Shown here piece after piece: positions 1 through 17,350 of a stretch of DNA of 64,000 nucleotides (its first letter is position 1; every line of letters begins with the position of its first letter). The notes under the pieces were generated by a model. That model was given only the letters and a program-made list of their open reading frames with translations, was not told the DNA's origin and did no database searches. The stretch lies in the NCBI RefSeq assembly GCF_009914755.1, contig NC_060940.1. One strand, given 5' to 3'. This DNA comes from the human T2T-CHM13v2.0 reference genome, Homo sapiens. A program made the position numbers and the translations under genes.

Positions 1-193
1 GTCCCAGTATTTACGTTTTATACAACAGTCTAAAGCGTTATACACATCTTTAGAAAATTGGAGTAGCAAAAGTTGGCGGAACGTAAATGTTAGCAACACT
101 TTGGGTTTATTCTTTTAAAGTATGATTTAAATGCTTTTGAGTTTTAGCATGGAGAAAGTAGCAAAGGAAATAGTTTGATTTCTCATAATTTTC

Positions 194-686
<493 letters not shown>

Positions 687-966
687 TAGTTACTGGTTCC
701 TGCTCCAGTCATTCTGAGCGTTTTAATAAATTTGTTTTATTTGGTTGCCTACTGTCCTAAGAGTCTTGCAGCCTTAATGGCCATTCATTCATTCAGCAAA
801 TACTGATTGTTTATCAGATATTAAGCGTCATGGTATGTATATTACTTGTTTATGTTGGGAATAACAACTGCAAATTGAAGGTCTTATTTTAAAATTGACT
901 TGTTAAAGTTAAATTTGTCACTGAGAATAATGGGAGGTGGAAAAAGTTACAGTTTAAAAATGTTTA

Positions 967-1312
<346 letters not shown>

Positions 1313-1969
1313 TTATAGGTTAATAACCTTATTTCCAAATATTAGAAAGTGTTGGTTGATCCCTGTTACCTGTATTGAAGTGTAATAGTGAAGAATTTGG
1401 AAACATTTTGAGACCGGTAACTCAGCATTTTAGCAAAGACAAATAAATGAACTTTAACAGTTGAAGTGTAGGTCCAAGTGAATATCCTTGTCACTGAGGG
1501 GACCGGTTAAATTATTTGGGGTAATTAATTTGAAGCTGTTAGTTTTGCCTTACACCGAAAAAATATTTGTGATTATTGATGTCATTTATAGTGAAATCTC
1601 CACAATAATGCTTCCTACACCCAATTTGAATGTCATGCAGTTGGCTTCTGTCCTTGTCTGTGCATAGACTCACCCCAGTCTCTTTTTTAGCTTGTAATAG
1701 CAGATCCTCCACATTTTACATGATGGAAAGTCTTGGATTCCCCCTCTAGCATATGGCTGAATGTTACTGTATTGCTGAATATCTGTTTCTAGCCAACAGC
1801 TGGATTAGTGTTAATTCTTAAAAGAGATACATTTTTATTAGAATCTCAAGTAATGAGCAGCTGAAGTAAATACAATTGTTTGAAATGTTGACAGGGCATT
1901 TGGAGATAACAGTTTTCCTTTGCATAGTGACAGCAAGCTATTTAAACATGTCCTAAGAGTAGATGTTTT

Positions 1970-2067
1970 AAGTTTGTGAGCCAGTGGTCACCTTAGTGGT
2001 TTGTACAGATGGCCTGAGAAGTTTGTGAGCCAGTGGTCGCCTTAGTGGTTTGTACAGATGGCCTGAG
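1970..2067. repeat. 49-bp tandem duplication (2 copies, 1 mismatch)
   Basis: aagtttgtgagccagtggtcRccttagtggtttgtacagatggcctgag at 1970-2018 and 2019-2067. Confidence 0.95.
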
Positions 2068-3092
2068 CAGCCGCGCCGTACCAGGACCTCACCATCATGC
2101 TCTTGAGCCCATCTCATTGAGAGCACAGCGCACTGAAATTCCAGTGAATACTAAGCGGGCCTACCACATTCTAAATTCCTCACTAAAGCAAAAGTTAGGA
2201 CATGTATTCCAGTGTTCTGTTACGTGGAACTGATAGGATTTAAGCAGTGATTCACATAGGAAAACTTAAAGGAGAAAAGGATTACGAAGCTTAATGATTG
2301 CTGTTTAATGCCAAGCCTAAGCGGCACGTTGCACTGTGCTGTGCTCAGAATATAACATTCAAGTAATTGAGAAAAGTGGTATCATCTCCAATTGAATTAG
2401 TTACATCAGGGTTTTTGTTTCGGTTTTTTGTTTGTTTGTTTGTTTTTAAAGATATAATTTCAGACATGTAGGTACTTCCTGTTAATGGTTCCTGGTATTC
2501 AGGTGGCACATTAAACGTGGTTGCTGAGGACACTTATTACTGGTACTATACCAAAATATGAAACGTAGTGGGAAGAGCTTGCTTTTGAATTTGTAATTAG
2601 GCTGTTACTTTTCTATTTACTGCCACACATGCAAGAATCACCATCGCACAAAACAGATAAATCTGTTTGCAATGGAATTTGCTGGCCTTGGGCCATTGGA
2701 TTACTGTCATTTGTCACTTTAGTGCCACTTCAGCAGTGTAGATGTTCATTTCCAGAGACTTGTATGTGCTTGGACTGCAGTTTTCCTGTTTATTGAAGTG
2801 TTCTCCCAAAAGGTCTTTCTTTGACCATTTCTGTCAATACAGGCTGGATGAAGAATTAGTGTAGGAAAATAAAGGTAGCCCTTGGGGTATGTGTATAGTA
2901 TTTGTTTCAAGGATCAGAAAATGTAGAATTTATCATAAACCTCGATGTAGAATCTTCAGATCCTAGATTTTTTCTGAACTGGCTATTTTCTGGCTATTTG
3001 AAAGCTCCTGGGCCATGATCCCATTTTCATCAGATGACTTGAGAACCCAGAAGCTCTACCAGCACTGCCATTCTGTCCCGTCTTGAAACATC

Positions 3093-3125
3093 ATGCCCTG
3101 GTTGCCCTCTCCTGGAATAGGGCAG
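3093..3125 (+). CDS. USP10: USP10 alternative N-terminal coding segment (MPWLPSPGIGQ) in a probable alternative exon at 3034-3125
   Basis: ATG at 3093 with A at -3; 11 codons ending CAG|gtaagg, a strong phase-0 donor in frame with exon 2. Candidate acceptor ttttcatcag|ATG at 3033/3034. The peptide matches the alternative USP10 N-terminus I recall. Confidence 0.85.
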
Positions 3126-3489
3126 GTAAGGTGTTGAGATAGAAATGTGGTTTGGGGCTGTTACAGCCTGAATTCCTCGACTTTCCCTTTTGGGCTCACA
3201 TGAGAATTGTTAGGAGAATGTGCATGTGGAGTGCGGGCCCAGCACCTGCTACCGTCTGCGCTGTAATGGTGGCTGCTCCTAAGAGTCCTCAGTCTCCTCC
3301 CCGTTGGGCTTGTGTGTACAGCCTTATCGGTTGTCATTCTTCGGATCCATTCTCAGTTTATTTTTCTGGTATTAGCTGGAGGGACATCTCCTTAAGCCTG
3401 TACTCTATGGCTCAGGAGTCTCAAAACCAGTCCATTTTGAAGTGAGAGTATCCCTAATAAAAAGGTGAGTGTCCCCACTCCTGTGCCTT

Positions 3490-5104
<1,615 letters not shown>

Positions 5105-6045
5105 AAGACTATATATATATTTATTCAAGACCTGAAGTAGGCTTTCTGGGTAGATCTGATCATTGGAGAAGGAGAAACATATTTATTACGAGATACTAAG
5201 CATTGTAGTAGTCATCATTTGAAGCCTATAAACTCTATAAACTGCATAGTTTAGAAAGTGCCTTAGCTTGTTTGAGCCTTTACAGCAACTCTGTCCTGTA
5301 TTATTATAACCATTTTACAGATGAGTAAGATAAGACCCAGAGAGGTTGTGGCTTGAGGTCAAATGGCTGCTGGCCATCAGGACCTTTTAAAAGCAGGTGT
5401 TTTGACTTCTAAATCCTTTGCTTTTTCTACTTTGCCAGACTGGTTTTCTGGAAGAGACTGATGAAGGCATAATCTTTCACACTGTGACTTCCCCTTAGTA
5501 GTTCCTCCATAAACATTTACAGAATGAATGAATGAAATGTGCGTTTAGAAACTTTAATGTTACTAATTACAAAATTTGTTACTATAATATGTTACTATTC
5601 ACTAAAGTTTGTGTGGGGTACATTTTAATAAAGTCGTTTATTTTATTTTCTAGTATAAAGACATGCTATTTTTAAGACACGAAAACAGCACAGACGTATT
5701 TAAAGTGAAAAGTAGAAGTCATTCCCTTCCTCTCTGATCCTTAATCGTCAGTTTGGTGTGTGTCTTCTATGCTTTTTTCCACTGGAGTATTTTGTTGTTG
5801 TTGTTCCTTTGTTTCATAATATGGTCTGTTGTATCTAGTCACTGAACTTTATTGAGCAAACCTTGTTTTCAAAATTATTGAAAACATCCACTGAAGTCAG
5901 TTTTCTTAGGTTTACCTAATTTTGCCAGGGAATGAAGCAGATATTCTGGAGATTGAAGTGACTTATCAGGATCCAGTGTGCAGGGGATTGTGGAAGTGCT
6001 GTCACAACTTATAACATGTTGTCCAAACAATTTTTTTTTTTCTTA

Positions 6046-6728
<683 letters not shown>

Positions 6729-8253
6729 GGAGGTCTGATTCACATTCAGATTCTTGTCCATCCATTGCCTTTGCACTAGATTTATGAGAGGACAAACTTT
6801 TTATTAGTTGGAGATTGGTAAGTCACCTGCCCTAGGGAATAATGAGAAACTGGGTAATTCAACTGAATTTTTCTCCATCTTCTTCAAAATCATGTTTTTG
6901 TCTTCTGTCACTTTGTTTCATCAGAGTACTGCAATGGCAAAAAACAAAACACTTCCCAACTCAGGTCCCACTCCTGAGAGATAACCACATTTAAGTACTT
7001 CTGACTTGTAATAGAATGCAAAATCGGGGCTTCCAAGTGTGGTTTACTATTTTGTTTAGAATTAATTTGTAGAATACTAGACACTTTTTTCAGAACCACA
7101 TATGAAGGACTTTATATCTTTTGTGATTGTTCACAGATTTTGGTGGCCGGACGTTAGGAGTATAGAGCTGAAGAGAGAATTCCTGTGCTTTAGAGGTTCG
7201 CTGGGTAGTGAGGGAGAGAAGCAGGCTAATGGCTGGGTGCATCCAGTTTTAGGGTGGTAATTCCTGTAACACAAGTGTGAACAACATAGTCAAGAACATT
7301 CATTCATTCGTTTGTTCATTCATTCAGCAAATAGTTACCGAGTGGCTGCTGTGTACCAGGCACTGAGGAGGGAGTGATGAGCGAAAACAGGCATTGTTTC
7401 TCTCGCGGAGGAGTTTATGGGTCCATTGAGGAAGACAGCTTGCTAATCAGATAATCACAGTTACGTACACGTCACTCCAAACTGAGAGATGTTTCCCAAA
7501 GGAAGGGAACACAATCTGAAGTCAGAGAACCGTTCCTGTGGAAGTGACGTGTTTACAGCATGAGACAGTGGGGACAGCATGTGTGGTGGACCTTTGGCTG
7601 GAGGGAATTTGGAGCACTTTGGAGAACTCAGCAAGGAGTTGTGTGTCTTGGGCACAGAGCTGGAGGGGAGGGACAGACGCACCATCCAACCTTGCAGCCT
7701 TTGTTAGATGTTACTGTCTTTATTCTGAGAAAAGTGTGGAAGAGGGGGTGGTACAACATTTGACCATGGAACCTCATAATCACATTGCCTTTTGGGATCA
7801 TACTCTGCCCAGTGAAGAATAGACTCACGGGGTCGCAGTGGCCATAAGGAGATCATTTAGGGCAGGGTCCTTGGACTTTTGACTCGGAGGGTGCCGTGGA
7901 GGTGGAGAGAAGTTGCGTGACTCAGGAGTTAGGTATAAGGTGTTTCAAAAAAGGAGGAGAGTGGGACTGAATGTTGGGCAAAGCTGGGAAGACGTCTCTT
8001 GTAGAACGGTGACATTTGAGCTGGAGTTTTTCAGGCAGAGAAGCACACGGACAAGGGCATGTGGAGGAGACTGTGCAGAGGAACTGTCTCAAAGCCTGCA
8101 GCCTGTTTGGGAAACAGATAAATTTGTGGCTGAAATGGTGTGTAGGGTGAAGTGGTTAGCCGGGAGTCTGGAGAGGAGAGAGAAAGAATTTGGTAATCCA
8201 AGCTCAGGACTGAGTGAAGTTGGTAGCAACTCTGTGTTAAGATAGCTGGTTGA

Positions 8254-8551
8254 GGCCGGGTGCGAGGCTCACGCCTGTAATCCCAGCACTTTGGGAGACC
8301 GAAGTAGACGGATCACTTGAGGTAAGGAGTTTGAGACCAGTCTGGCCAACATGCTGAAACCCCATCTCTACTAAAAATACAAAAATTAGCCGGGCGTGGT
8401 GGCGCATGTCTGTAATCCCAGCTACTTGAGAGGCTTAGGCAAGAGAATCGCTTGAACCCGGGAGGCAGAGGTTGCAGTGAGCCAGACTGTGCCACTGCAC
8501 TCTAGCCTGGGCAACAGAGCAGACTCCATCTCGGAAAAAAAAAAAAAAAAA
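8254..8551 (+). mobile_element. AluS-type element
   Basis: Full-length Alu consensus and poly(A). Confidence 0.9.
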
Positions 8552-9983
8552 GATTGCTGGGTTGAGTTGATTGTGCAGGGGTCTTACTTAGATGCTTCGA
8601 AAGTTGTCAGGGATTTGATTCTTTAGGCTCTCCTCCATAGCTGGGACTCTACTCTCTGCTCATTTTGGCATCTTAAGCCTCATAACTTTGAGGGGAAAGA
8701 AGTAGGGCATTTCTTTTGGGGACTTTTGAGACAGATTAATGTGAGGCAGGTAGCCCTTCAGTGTCCTCAGTGGTAATTGGATAGAGTAGTTAGGGAAGGT
8801 CATTTAGGGACATATTCCCTTTATTTTGAGGGGGAGGCACCTTTAAAAACAAGCATCTGTCCCTTGATTATATTCGTAGAAAATATTAAGGAAAACTTAG
8901 GTGACTTGTTACCTTATTTTAAATGTTTCCTGTAGTACTTTTGGTAGTAAACTTTAGAAATTTGGAATCATTGGATTTAACAGCGTTTTTAGGTTTGTGA
9001 TCCTCGAGTGCCCTCTTCTAATACCAGAATCACCTGGCACCCTGGGTGCCACCAAGAGACACTGAGTAAGGATCCCTGTGAGCAGGTCCCCAGGCCGTCT
9101 GAGCCAGGCTCAGGTTGCAGGTCGTCCGCATGGGTTTGTGTACAGCTTTTTTTGTTTTAACTTGTTGAGCCCTTTCGCATGAATAGCAATAACGAAATCG
9201 TATTTTGGACAAAGTGTTACATCTCCAGTCTAGGTTAGGCGTGAACAACAACAAAAATATGAATTGTGCCCCTCCCTCTGAGTGTGATACTCACTTATTT
9301 TAGCGCCGAGTGGAATGGTGGAACAGTTGTGAGCAGATGAGAAACCTGACATTTTGCCACTTTGAAGAGCTGTCATGTCGTGTCTTCAGAACGAGATTTC
9401 AGTTTGGTTTGGCATTCATTAAGTCCATGATTATGCCTTTTAAGCAAGCATTTACCCAGTACTTGCTCTGTGCCAGGGCCCGTGTTGGGATTTATAAGTT
9501 GCAAAAAAACATGTTTTTAAAAATGTAAGTACACATGTGTTCCCCAGAACCTTAAGAGCTGCTCTGGCTGTTGCTCTGCACCCCACATCTTGAAATAGGA
9601 CCTTTGTGGACAGCATGGGATCAGCACACTCCCCCACAGCTCAGTGTAACTGTGAGCATCTGATGTCCCAGAGAACTGGAACTTTATAATTCATCCTGAA
9701 GCCTGGTTGTCAACATCTCTGAGGATGTGTGCATAGCATTAAGCCAATTTACCATCGGGAATTCCTGCTCTCTTTTGCTGTTGTTGCTCATGGATTCGTC
9801 AGGTGAGGAAATTCTAGTCTCTAGTTTTTCCCAAACTGGTGCTGAAATAATTACGCTTGGTTCTCTGTTGCTTCTTACCTCTTTGCTCTTCTGTGCCACA
9901 ACAATGTATTCTAAGTTAGGTGCCAGCAGCAGAAACTTTTCTTCCACCTATAACTAGAGTTTTAGGCGTGAGGAAGGGCTAGC

Positions 9984-10272
9984 TTTTTTTTTTTTTGTCT
10001 GAGATGGAGTCTTGTTCTGTCACCCAGGCAGTGGCAAGATCTCAGCTCACTGCAACCTCTGCCTCCGGGGCTCAAGTGATTCTCTGGCCTCAGCCTCCTG
10101 AGTAGCTGGGATTACAGGTGCGTGCCACCATGGCTGGCTAATTTTTGTATTTTTAGCAGAGACGGGGTTTCACCATGTTGGCCAGGCTGGTCTTGAACTC
10201 TTGACCTGAAGTGATCCGCCTGCCTCAGCCTCCCAATGTACTGGGGTTACAGGCATGAGCCACCGCGCCCGG
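9984..10272 (-). mobile_element. AluS-type element
   Basis: Alu consensus on the minus strand. Confidence 0.88.
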
Positions 10273-13167
10273 TGGCTTTTGCTTTTTAAGGTGGACAGAA
10301 ACACCTTGCAGCTGTGCTTCGTTGCCCTTGCTGCTTTTGGGTGGAAACATAGACTTAAGTTAGCATATTCATCAGTTGATCTCTTTTCTGTGAGAAGGGA
10401 AAGAAATCGCAGTATTTTGTGTGTATGGCAGGCTTTGAGGGCCCTTATACTTTGATTCTGTAGATGCCCTGTCCTTCCTCAGGAGGCAGTCAGCTGTGTA
10501 CAGAGGCCCTTGTGGTCCTGTCCTGAGAGTAGCGGAAGGAAGACATGGCTCTGCCTGGGGAGACTGTGCCTTATGCAGAGGCCAACACCACATGGATGAG
10601 CCGGAAGCAGCCGCTGGCCTGGCTGCTCTTTCGGGTCAGGAAGGCTTTCTTGAGTCTGGTATGGTCTGGCTGCCCCAGTGTCCCCACTGCCTAGCACAGT
10701 GGGCACTCAGGTGTTTGTCTGTTGGATCGGTTAATTGGCAGGGACCAGTTGAAGCAAACAGAGAACAGCTGGTTGTCATTCACTGTTTTCAGGACTGCTT
10801 ATGGTTGTTTTTGGTGTTTCTATAATAGTTCTAGGCATGAAGTTCAGGACCACAGCATGCAAGACCCCGAGGGGCAGATTTGCCGTCTATAGAAATAGTA
10901 ATGAGAGCTGATGAAGAAGAGGTGGCTGCTTCCCACAGTATCACCTTGATTGTCATTTCTGCATTTAGAATGCATGAGTGACCCCTAAGCTGCTCTTCAG
11001 GTTCTTCAGTGCTCTCTTTACCTCTGTTGTGTAGTTTCTTGAATCCAGGTGACTGACCCGCACGTCACATATAAGTTATTTGGTTTTATTCCTTGGTCTC
11101 TTTCTCAGCAAGTGTAGTCTGGAGATGATAGGACACTTAGCAATGCAGAGAGAATGCCTTCACCAGAGTTACCAGCAAGTGCTTGGCTGTGGGGGCTCCG
11201 TGTACTAAAGCTCTTCCAGGATTGTTAGTGGGCATGCCAGTGATCTATCTTCGCAGGCCTGCTTACAGCAAATGCAGCTGTCCCCCAAATGCAAGAACCA
11301 TGGAGCAGCCAGCCTTTCCAGTACAGGGCCCAATTATGTGTCACCAGTGAACATGGAAAGAGCTTTTCGGTTGGTTTGCCACAGTTAGTTTATCTTTCCC
11401 CCACCTTTGTGACCTTAGATATCTCAGCCAATGCCACCATTCACCCACTAGTTATTTATTGAACTCAGCTATGTGCCAGGCATTGTTGGTACAGAAATGG
11501 AGGGGAACACATTGTCTGTCCCCGAGACCCTCTGTCTGTAGACAGGCTCGCCCCCTTTGTCCCTGTGGTTTGCTCCCCTACTTTCAGTGAGTCTCTGTGC
11601 CTGGGCCATCTTCTTACACCCACTTTACCCACCTTTAAAATTGCGCCCTCCTTCACACTTGTCACCCTGTCTGCTTGCTCCCTCTCCAGAGCACTTCACA
11701 CCTAATACCCTACATACCCGCTATCCTGACGTGTGTGTCTGGTTCACTCTCTCGTCCTCCCCCAATGTAAGCTCCTTGAGGCCCCAATGTAAGCTCCGTG
11801 AGGGCAGGGGTTTTTGTTTGCTTTGTTCACTGCTGGGGCCCCTAGTCCTAGAATGTGGTGAGTGCTCAGTAAATATTTATTAACAAACACCTTCATGAAA
11901 GACATACCACAGTGGACATATTCAGAAGCCCACAGTCAGGTGTGGGAAAGAAGCTAGAGAATCAACTGTTAGGATCCAGAATTAGAGAGACCATCACAGG
12001 AGAGTCCCCGGGGACACCTTGGCTCATGTTTGTGAGGAAAATAGTTCACAAAGATGAGCCTTTGGAACTGAGTTCTATAGTTTGCAGAGTCAGCCAGGCC
12101 AGCAGGGTCCCAAGAGAAGGGCGCCCAAAGCAGAAAGACCTGGCGTGTGCCGTGTCGCTGAAGTGCATTTGGGACGTGGAGAGTTGTCGGGGCTGCAGCA
12201 CTGGGGGTTGGCTGGGAAGGTGGATGGGTGCGTCTTGTAGGCTCTGCTAGAGCCTTTTAGCCTGAAAAGTTCTGGGAGACTAGAAAGGCTTTTCCTGGGC
12301 ACCAGAATAGTAAGGTTCAGTTGAGAGACAGCTCTGTGGTGGCCACATGCAGTTTGGAGGGTGAGGGGTGAGCACAGAGGCGGAGGTAGATTGTTGCAGA
12401 GACCCAGTTGAGAAGCGTGGAGGGCTTGAACAGTGCCTAGAGGAGGGGCAGGCCTTAGGGTGGCGGGAGGTGGGTGGCTGGCGGGAGCCAGCTCGTTGTG
12501 GTTTGTTCATGGTATAGTAGTTTCTTCCTTAAAATGTGGAATGATACTTGTTTAGTAAAATGTTTTTCCCACTTCTTCCTCTTTTTTAGAGATGGGGTCT
12601 GGCTCTGGCATCCAGGCTGGAGTGAGTGGCACAATCGTAGCTCACTCCCTGCACCATCTAACTCCTAGGCTTAGGCCATCCTCCCTCTTTAGCCTCCCAA
12701 AATGCTGGGGCTACAGACGTGCGCCACCGTGCACGGCTTTGCATTTCTTATATTGTTGAATGTTTTTCCATTAAATATTTTCCTTTGCGATTGTTTTTTT
12801 TTTTAGATCTCAAGAGCCTTAACTTAATCTTCAGCATTGTTTTTTAAGGACTGCAGCGTATTCACAAGTTATAGTTTATGCATACTAAAAATGGTAATGT
12901 TTGGCAGGTTTTTTTGGTCCAATTTTTAGTTGTTACTTGTGAATTTATCTTATTTCCTAGAGCAAATTAAGCACATTATTGTAAACTGGAAGATGAACGT
13001 CCTTAATTCATTGATTATTTTTGGGGTGAAGGGAGAGAGATATTTTGCTAAGGGATATTAAGAAGATACTTAGTGGATATTTAAAACATGAATTTTTTTA
13101 AATTTTAAAAGTAATATCAAAAACAAGTTCTACATATGAAATGTTTGAAAAATATTTAAAAAGTTCT

Positions 13168-13485
13168 GATTATTATTATTATTATTATTTTTTTTTTTTT
13201 TTGAGATGGAGTCTTGCTCTGTCGCCCAGGCTGGAGTGCAGTTCGCAGTCTCGGCTCACTGCAACCTCTGCCTCTTGTGCTAAAGCGATTCTCCTGCCTC
13301 AGCCTCCTGAGTAGCTGGGACTACAGGCATGCACCACCATGCCTAGCTACTTTTTATATTTTTTAGTAGAGATGGGGTTTCACCATATTGGCCGGTCTGG
13401 TCTCGACCTCCTGACCTCAAGTGATCTGCCCGCCTAGGCCTCCCAAAGTGCTTGGATTACAGGCGTGAGGCACCACTCCCGGCCC
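13168..13485 (-). mobile_element. AluS-type element with (TTA)n tail
   Basis: Alu consensus on the minus strand. Confidence 0.88.
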
Positions 13486-16400
13486 ATTTATAAAATATCA
13501 ATAAGCTGACTTATGTTTGGTGAAGGCCAACTATTTCAGCTATTGCTGTAGATATCCAGGAAGATAACCAAAGCATCCTTACCTTTGTGTATAATGGATA
13601 GCTAAGGCATAAGAAACAACTGGGCACGTTACAAGATGTGTAATTAAGTGCTGAATTATGTGGTGCATGTGGCAGGTTCTTTTGTAGTAATTCAGAGAAT
13701 GAAGATGGGTAATGAGCTAGTCTTGAGAAGGAATAGGATCTCCGCCTCCCAAAGTGCTGGGATTACAGGCATGAGCCAGTGAGTCCACCTGGGTGACCTT
13801 ACTACTTTATATGAATCCTCTGGTCACTGCTGCCCAACTATCCTTTTATCTCCCTTTTTGCTTACCCCATTTATGTGTTAGGGTGCCCTCCCTTTTTTTT
13901 TTAAAAAAACAAACAAGTAGAGCTCAGCTTTCTAACTGGCTTACACCATAAACTAGAGATTTAGTGGCTCATGTAACTAGAAATTCCAGAGGTAGATCAG
14001 GCTTCAAAGTTGGTTTAATTCAGCCGTTTAGTTACAGTTTTGAGGACGTGGCTTCTTTTCATTTTTTCACTTTTCATTTCTTCATCTTTTCATTCTGCCT
14101 GTCAGTATTATCCCAGGGCTAGTTTCCCCCACGATGGCGGAATGGCCACAGCAGTTTCAGGCTTCACATTTGGGCACAGCCTCCGTCACACCAGCCTGAC
14201 CAAGAGAGTGAGTGTGCATCCCAGAATTTTAGGCAGTGTCCTGAGCTTCTTGCCCTTTGGGTCGTCCCTCAACCAGAGCACTGTGGCGAGGAGGGTGGTA
14301 TGCCAAGCAGGGCTCCCATCTGGCCTGGGGGTGGGGGTGTGTTGACTTCTGAACTGGGTGACTACTATCCCACAGGGTAGGAAGGGGAGCTGGCCAGTTC
14401 GCTACTGTCCCACATGAGCGTAATGTCTCTCCCCCCTCTCCTTTTCCAGATATGCCAGTTCCTCCTGGACTCCTCAGACTGGAAGATTGTCCTTTCTCCT
14501 TGGCAAATCATCTGTACTATCTGATTGCATCTTACAGTCTTCTTTAAATATTATTGTTCCTTAACTGTTAATGTGTCTGTGCCTTGAGGTCAGCCTCAGG
14601 TTCCAATCCTGTTCCATTTTGTTTGTGGAATCTCAGGCAAGGTTGGTTTCTCTGAACTTTTAAAGTTTTTTCATCTTCATTCAGCAAATCTTTATTAGAT
14701 TCTCAGTATTGTGCTTCAGTGGACGAAATACAGACTGACACAAGGAGATAACAGTTCATTCACAGAGACATAGGTAAATGAGAATTACTATGAAATATGA
14801 ACAGTGCTTTGGCAGAAATAGGGTTTAGAAACACTTCCTGAGGAGGTGATGCCTGCGTTGAGCTTTGAAGGACAAGTAGGACTTCTTCAGAGCATGGGGG
14901 AAGAGGGAGCTGCCTGCACGAAGGCTGATCAGCAGAATAATGAATAAATGCAGAGTTACTGGGATCTTAGGTGCACGACCTTCGGCAAGGTTGGTAGGCA
15001 GAGACGCCCATTACACCAAGTTGAAGAGTGAAGATTCTACCTTTATATACACCTTACAATTACATGGGGAGTGACCGCATGTCCTGGTCTAAACTTATCC
15101 CAGCATAATTCATCATAATGATCCTTTCACTCTGAGATATGCCTCTAATTTGGATGATAAATGGTTACGCAACTTAAAATAGAAGTCCAGAGCCATAGGG
15201 ACAGTCACTGTGATAGCAGTGTGCTTGCTTCATAGTAGAGCTTTGGGATTACATGAGATAGAGCATAGCAGTGCTTCTCAAACTTAAAAGTCCGTTGAGA
15301 ATCAGCTGCGGGTCTTGTGAATGTGCACATTTAGATTCAGTACACCTGGGGTGGGCCCTGTGCGCTGTCTGAGCTCCTAGGTAATTCCTAGGCTGCTGGC
15401 CTGGTGACCTCACTTTGAGTAGCAGGTCGTATTGGGCTTCGGGAGCTTCAGAGGGTCTGTGAAGTTCTGAAATCATACGCAGAAATGTGTGTACATGCAT
15501 TCTTTAGGGGGTGGGCCTAATTCCCTTACATCAGTTTCTCGGGAGGTCTGCTGCCACCCAAAAAAGATTAGGAATCCTCCCTTTTAGAAATTTTGTGCAG
15601 ATTAAATGAAATATGTTGATTAAATGCCTTTAACATTGTCTAGAGCATAATGGACATTCAGTACACACTAGCTGTATGTCCTCCTTCCCTGACCCCAGTT
15701 CTTTGAAGGCAGGACACATTGCTTAAACATTTTAAACTGCTTTTTAATGTCCTTTTTATGTCATTGGTGCTCAATAAGTGTCGATTTAGCTTGGTGACAA
15801 GCTGTTTGGTGACTGTGAGCCATTCTGTCAGCATTTGCTAGTCTCTTAGGTGCCAAGCATTTTACTAGGTAGATAGGAGGAGGCCACTACCTAGGTTATT
15901 GCAGATACCCAGGCATAGGTGGAGTCATCAGGGCCTGTGCTGGATAGTAACTGTAGAGTTGAAGAGGAGATGCATCACTTCTTAGTAATCTTCCTGAGTT
16001 ATGTGTGTTCAGGAAAGTGCTTCTACTGCCTTTGATTCATTGAGGTCCTAGTCTCTGGTTCTCAGGTGTATGTGATTTCAGTACGGATTAATTTACTGTA
16101 ATGCTTAATTTAATTCATTCAGTTGCTATTCTTGCCAAATGCGGTTTTTCTGAACATTTTGATATTTTGTTGAGATGGTCCCAGAAATTTGGGATTCGTG
16201 ATCACGTTAGGGTATTTGTGATGGAAAGGGTATATAATTTATGGTATTTTCAAAGTTCCTTACCTAAGAGATTGGAAGAACAATGATGAGAGAGAGATTG
16301 GGAGATTACTTGTCTTATAGAGTTGTAGATGCTTCAGAGAACTTGACTACATTGCGAAGGGAAAATCTTGGATTGGAAGGTTATTTTTGAGAAAGTGGAG

Positions 16401-16721
16401 TGTTGGTAGTGAAAGTTAGATTTCAGTGAATTAAAAGCAAATGAGAGATGAGTTTAATTACAAAAGAAATGTCTTTTGTTCAGAAGACATTTCTGAAGAG
16501 TTGCTTGTGAGTTCATTTATTTTATTGAGACAGGATTGTACTCTGTGACCCAAGATAGAGTGCAGTGGTGCAATCATGGCTCACTGCAGCCTCAAAGTTA
16601 TTGGCTCAAGGGATCCTCCCACCTCAGCCTCCTGAGGAGCTGGGACTGCAAGTGTGGGCCACTGTGTTTGGCAGGAGTTTAATTTTTCTGTCATATTACT
16701 TCTAATTTAGTTGCATTATAG

Positions 16722-17350
<629 letters not shown>

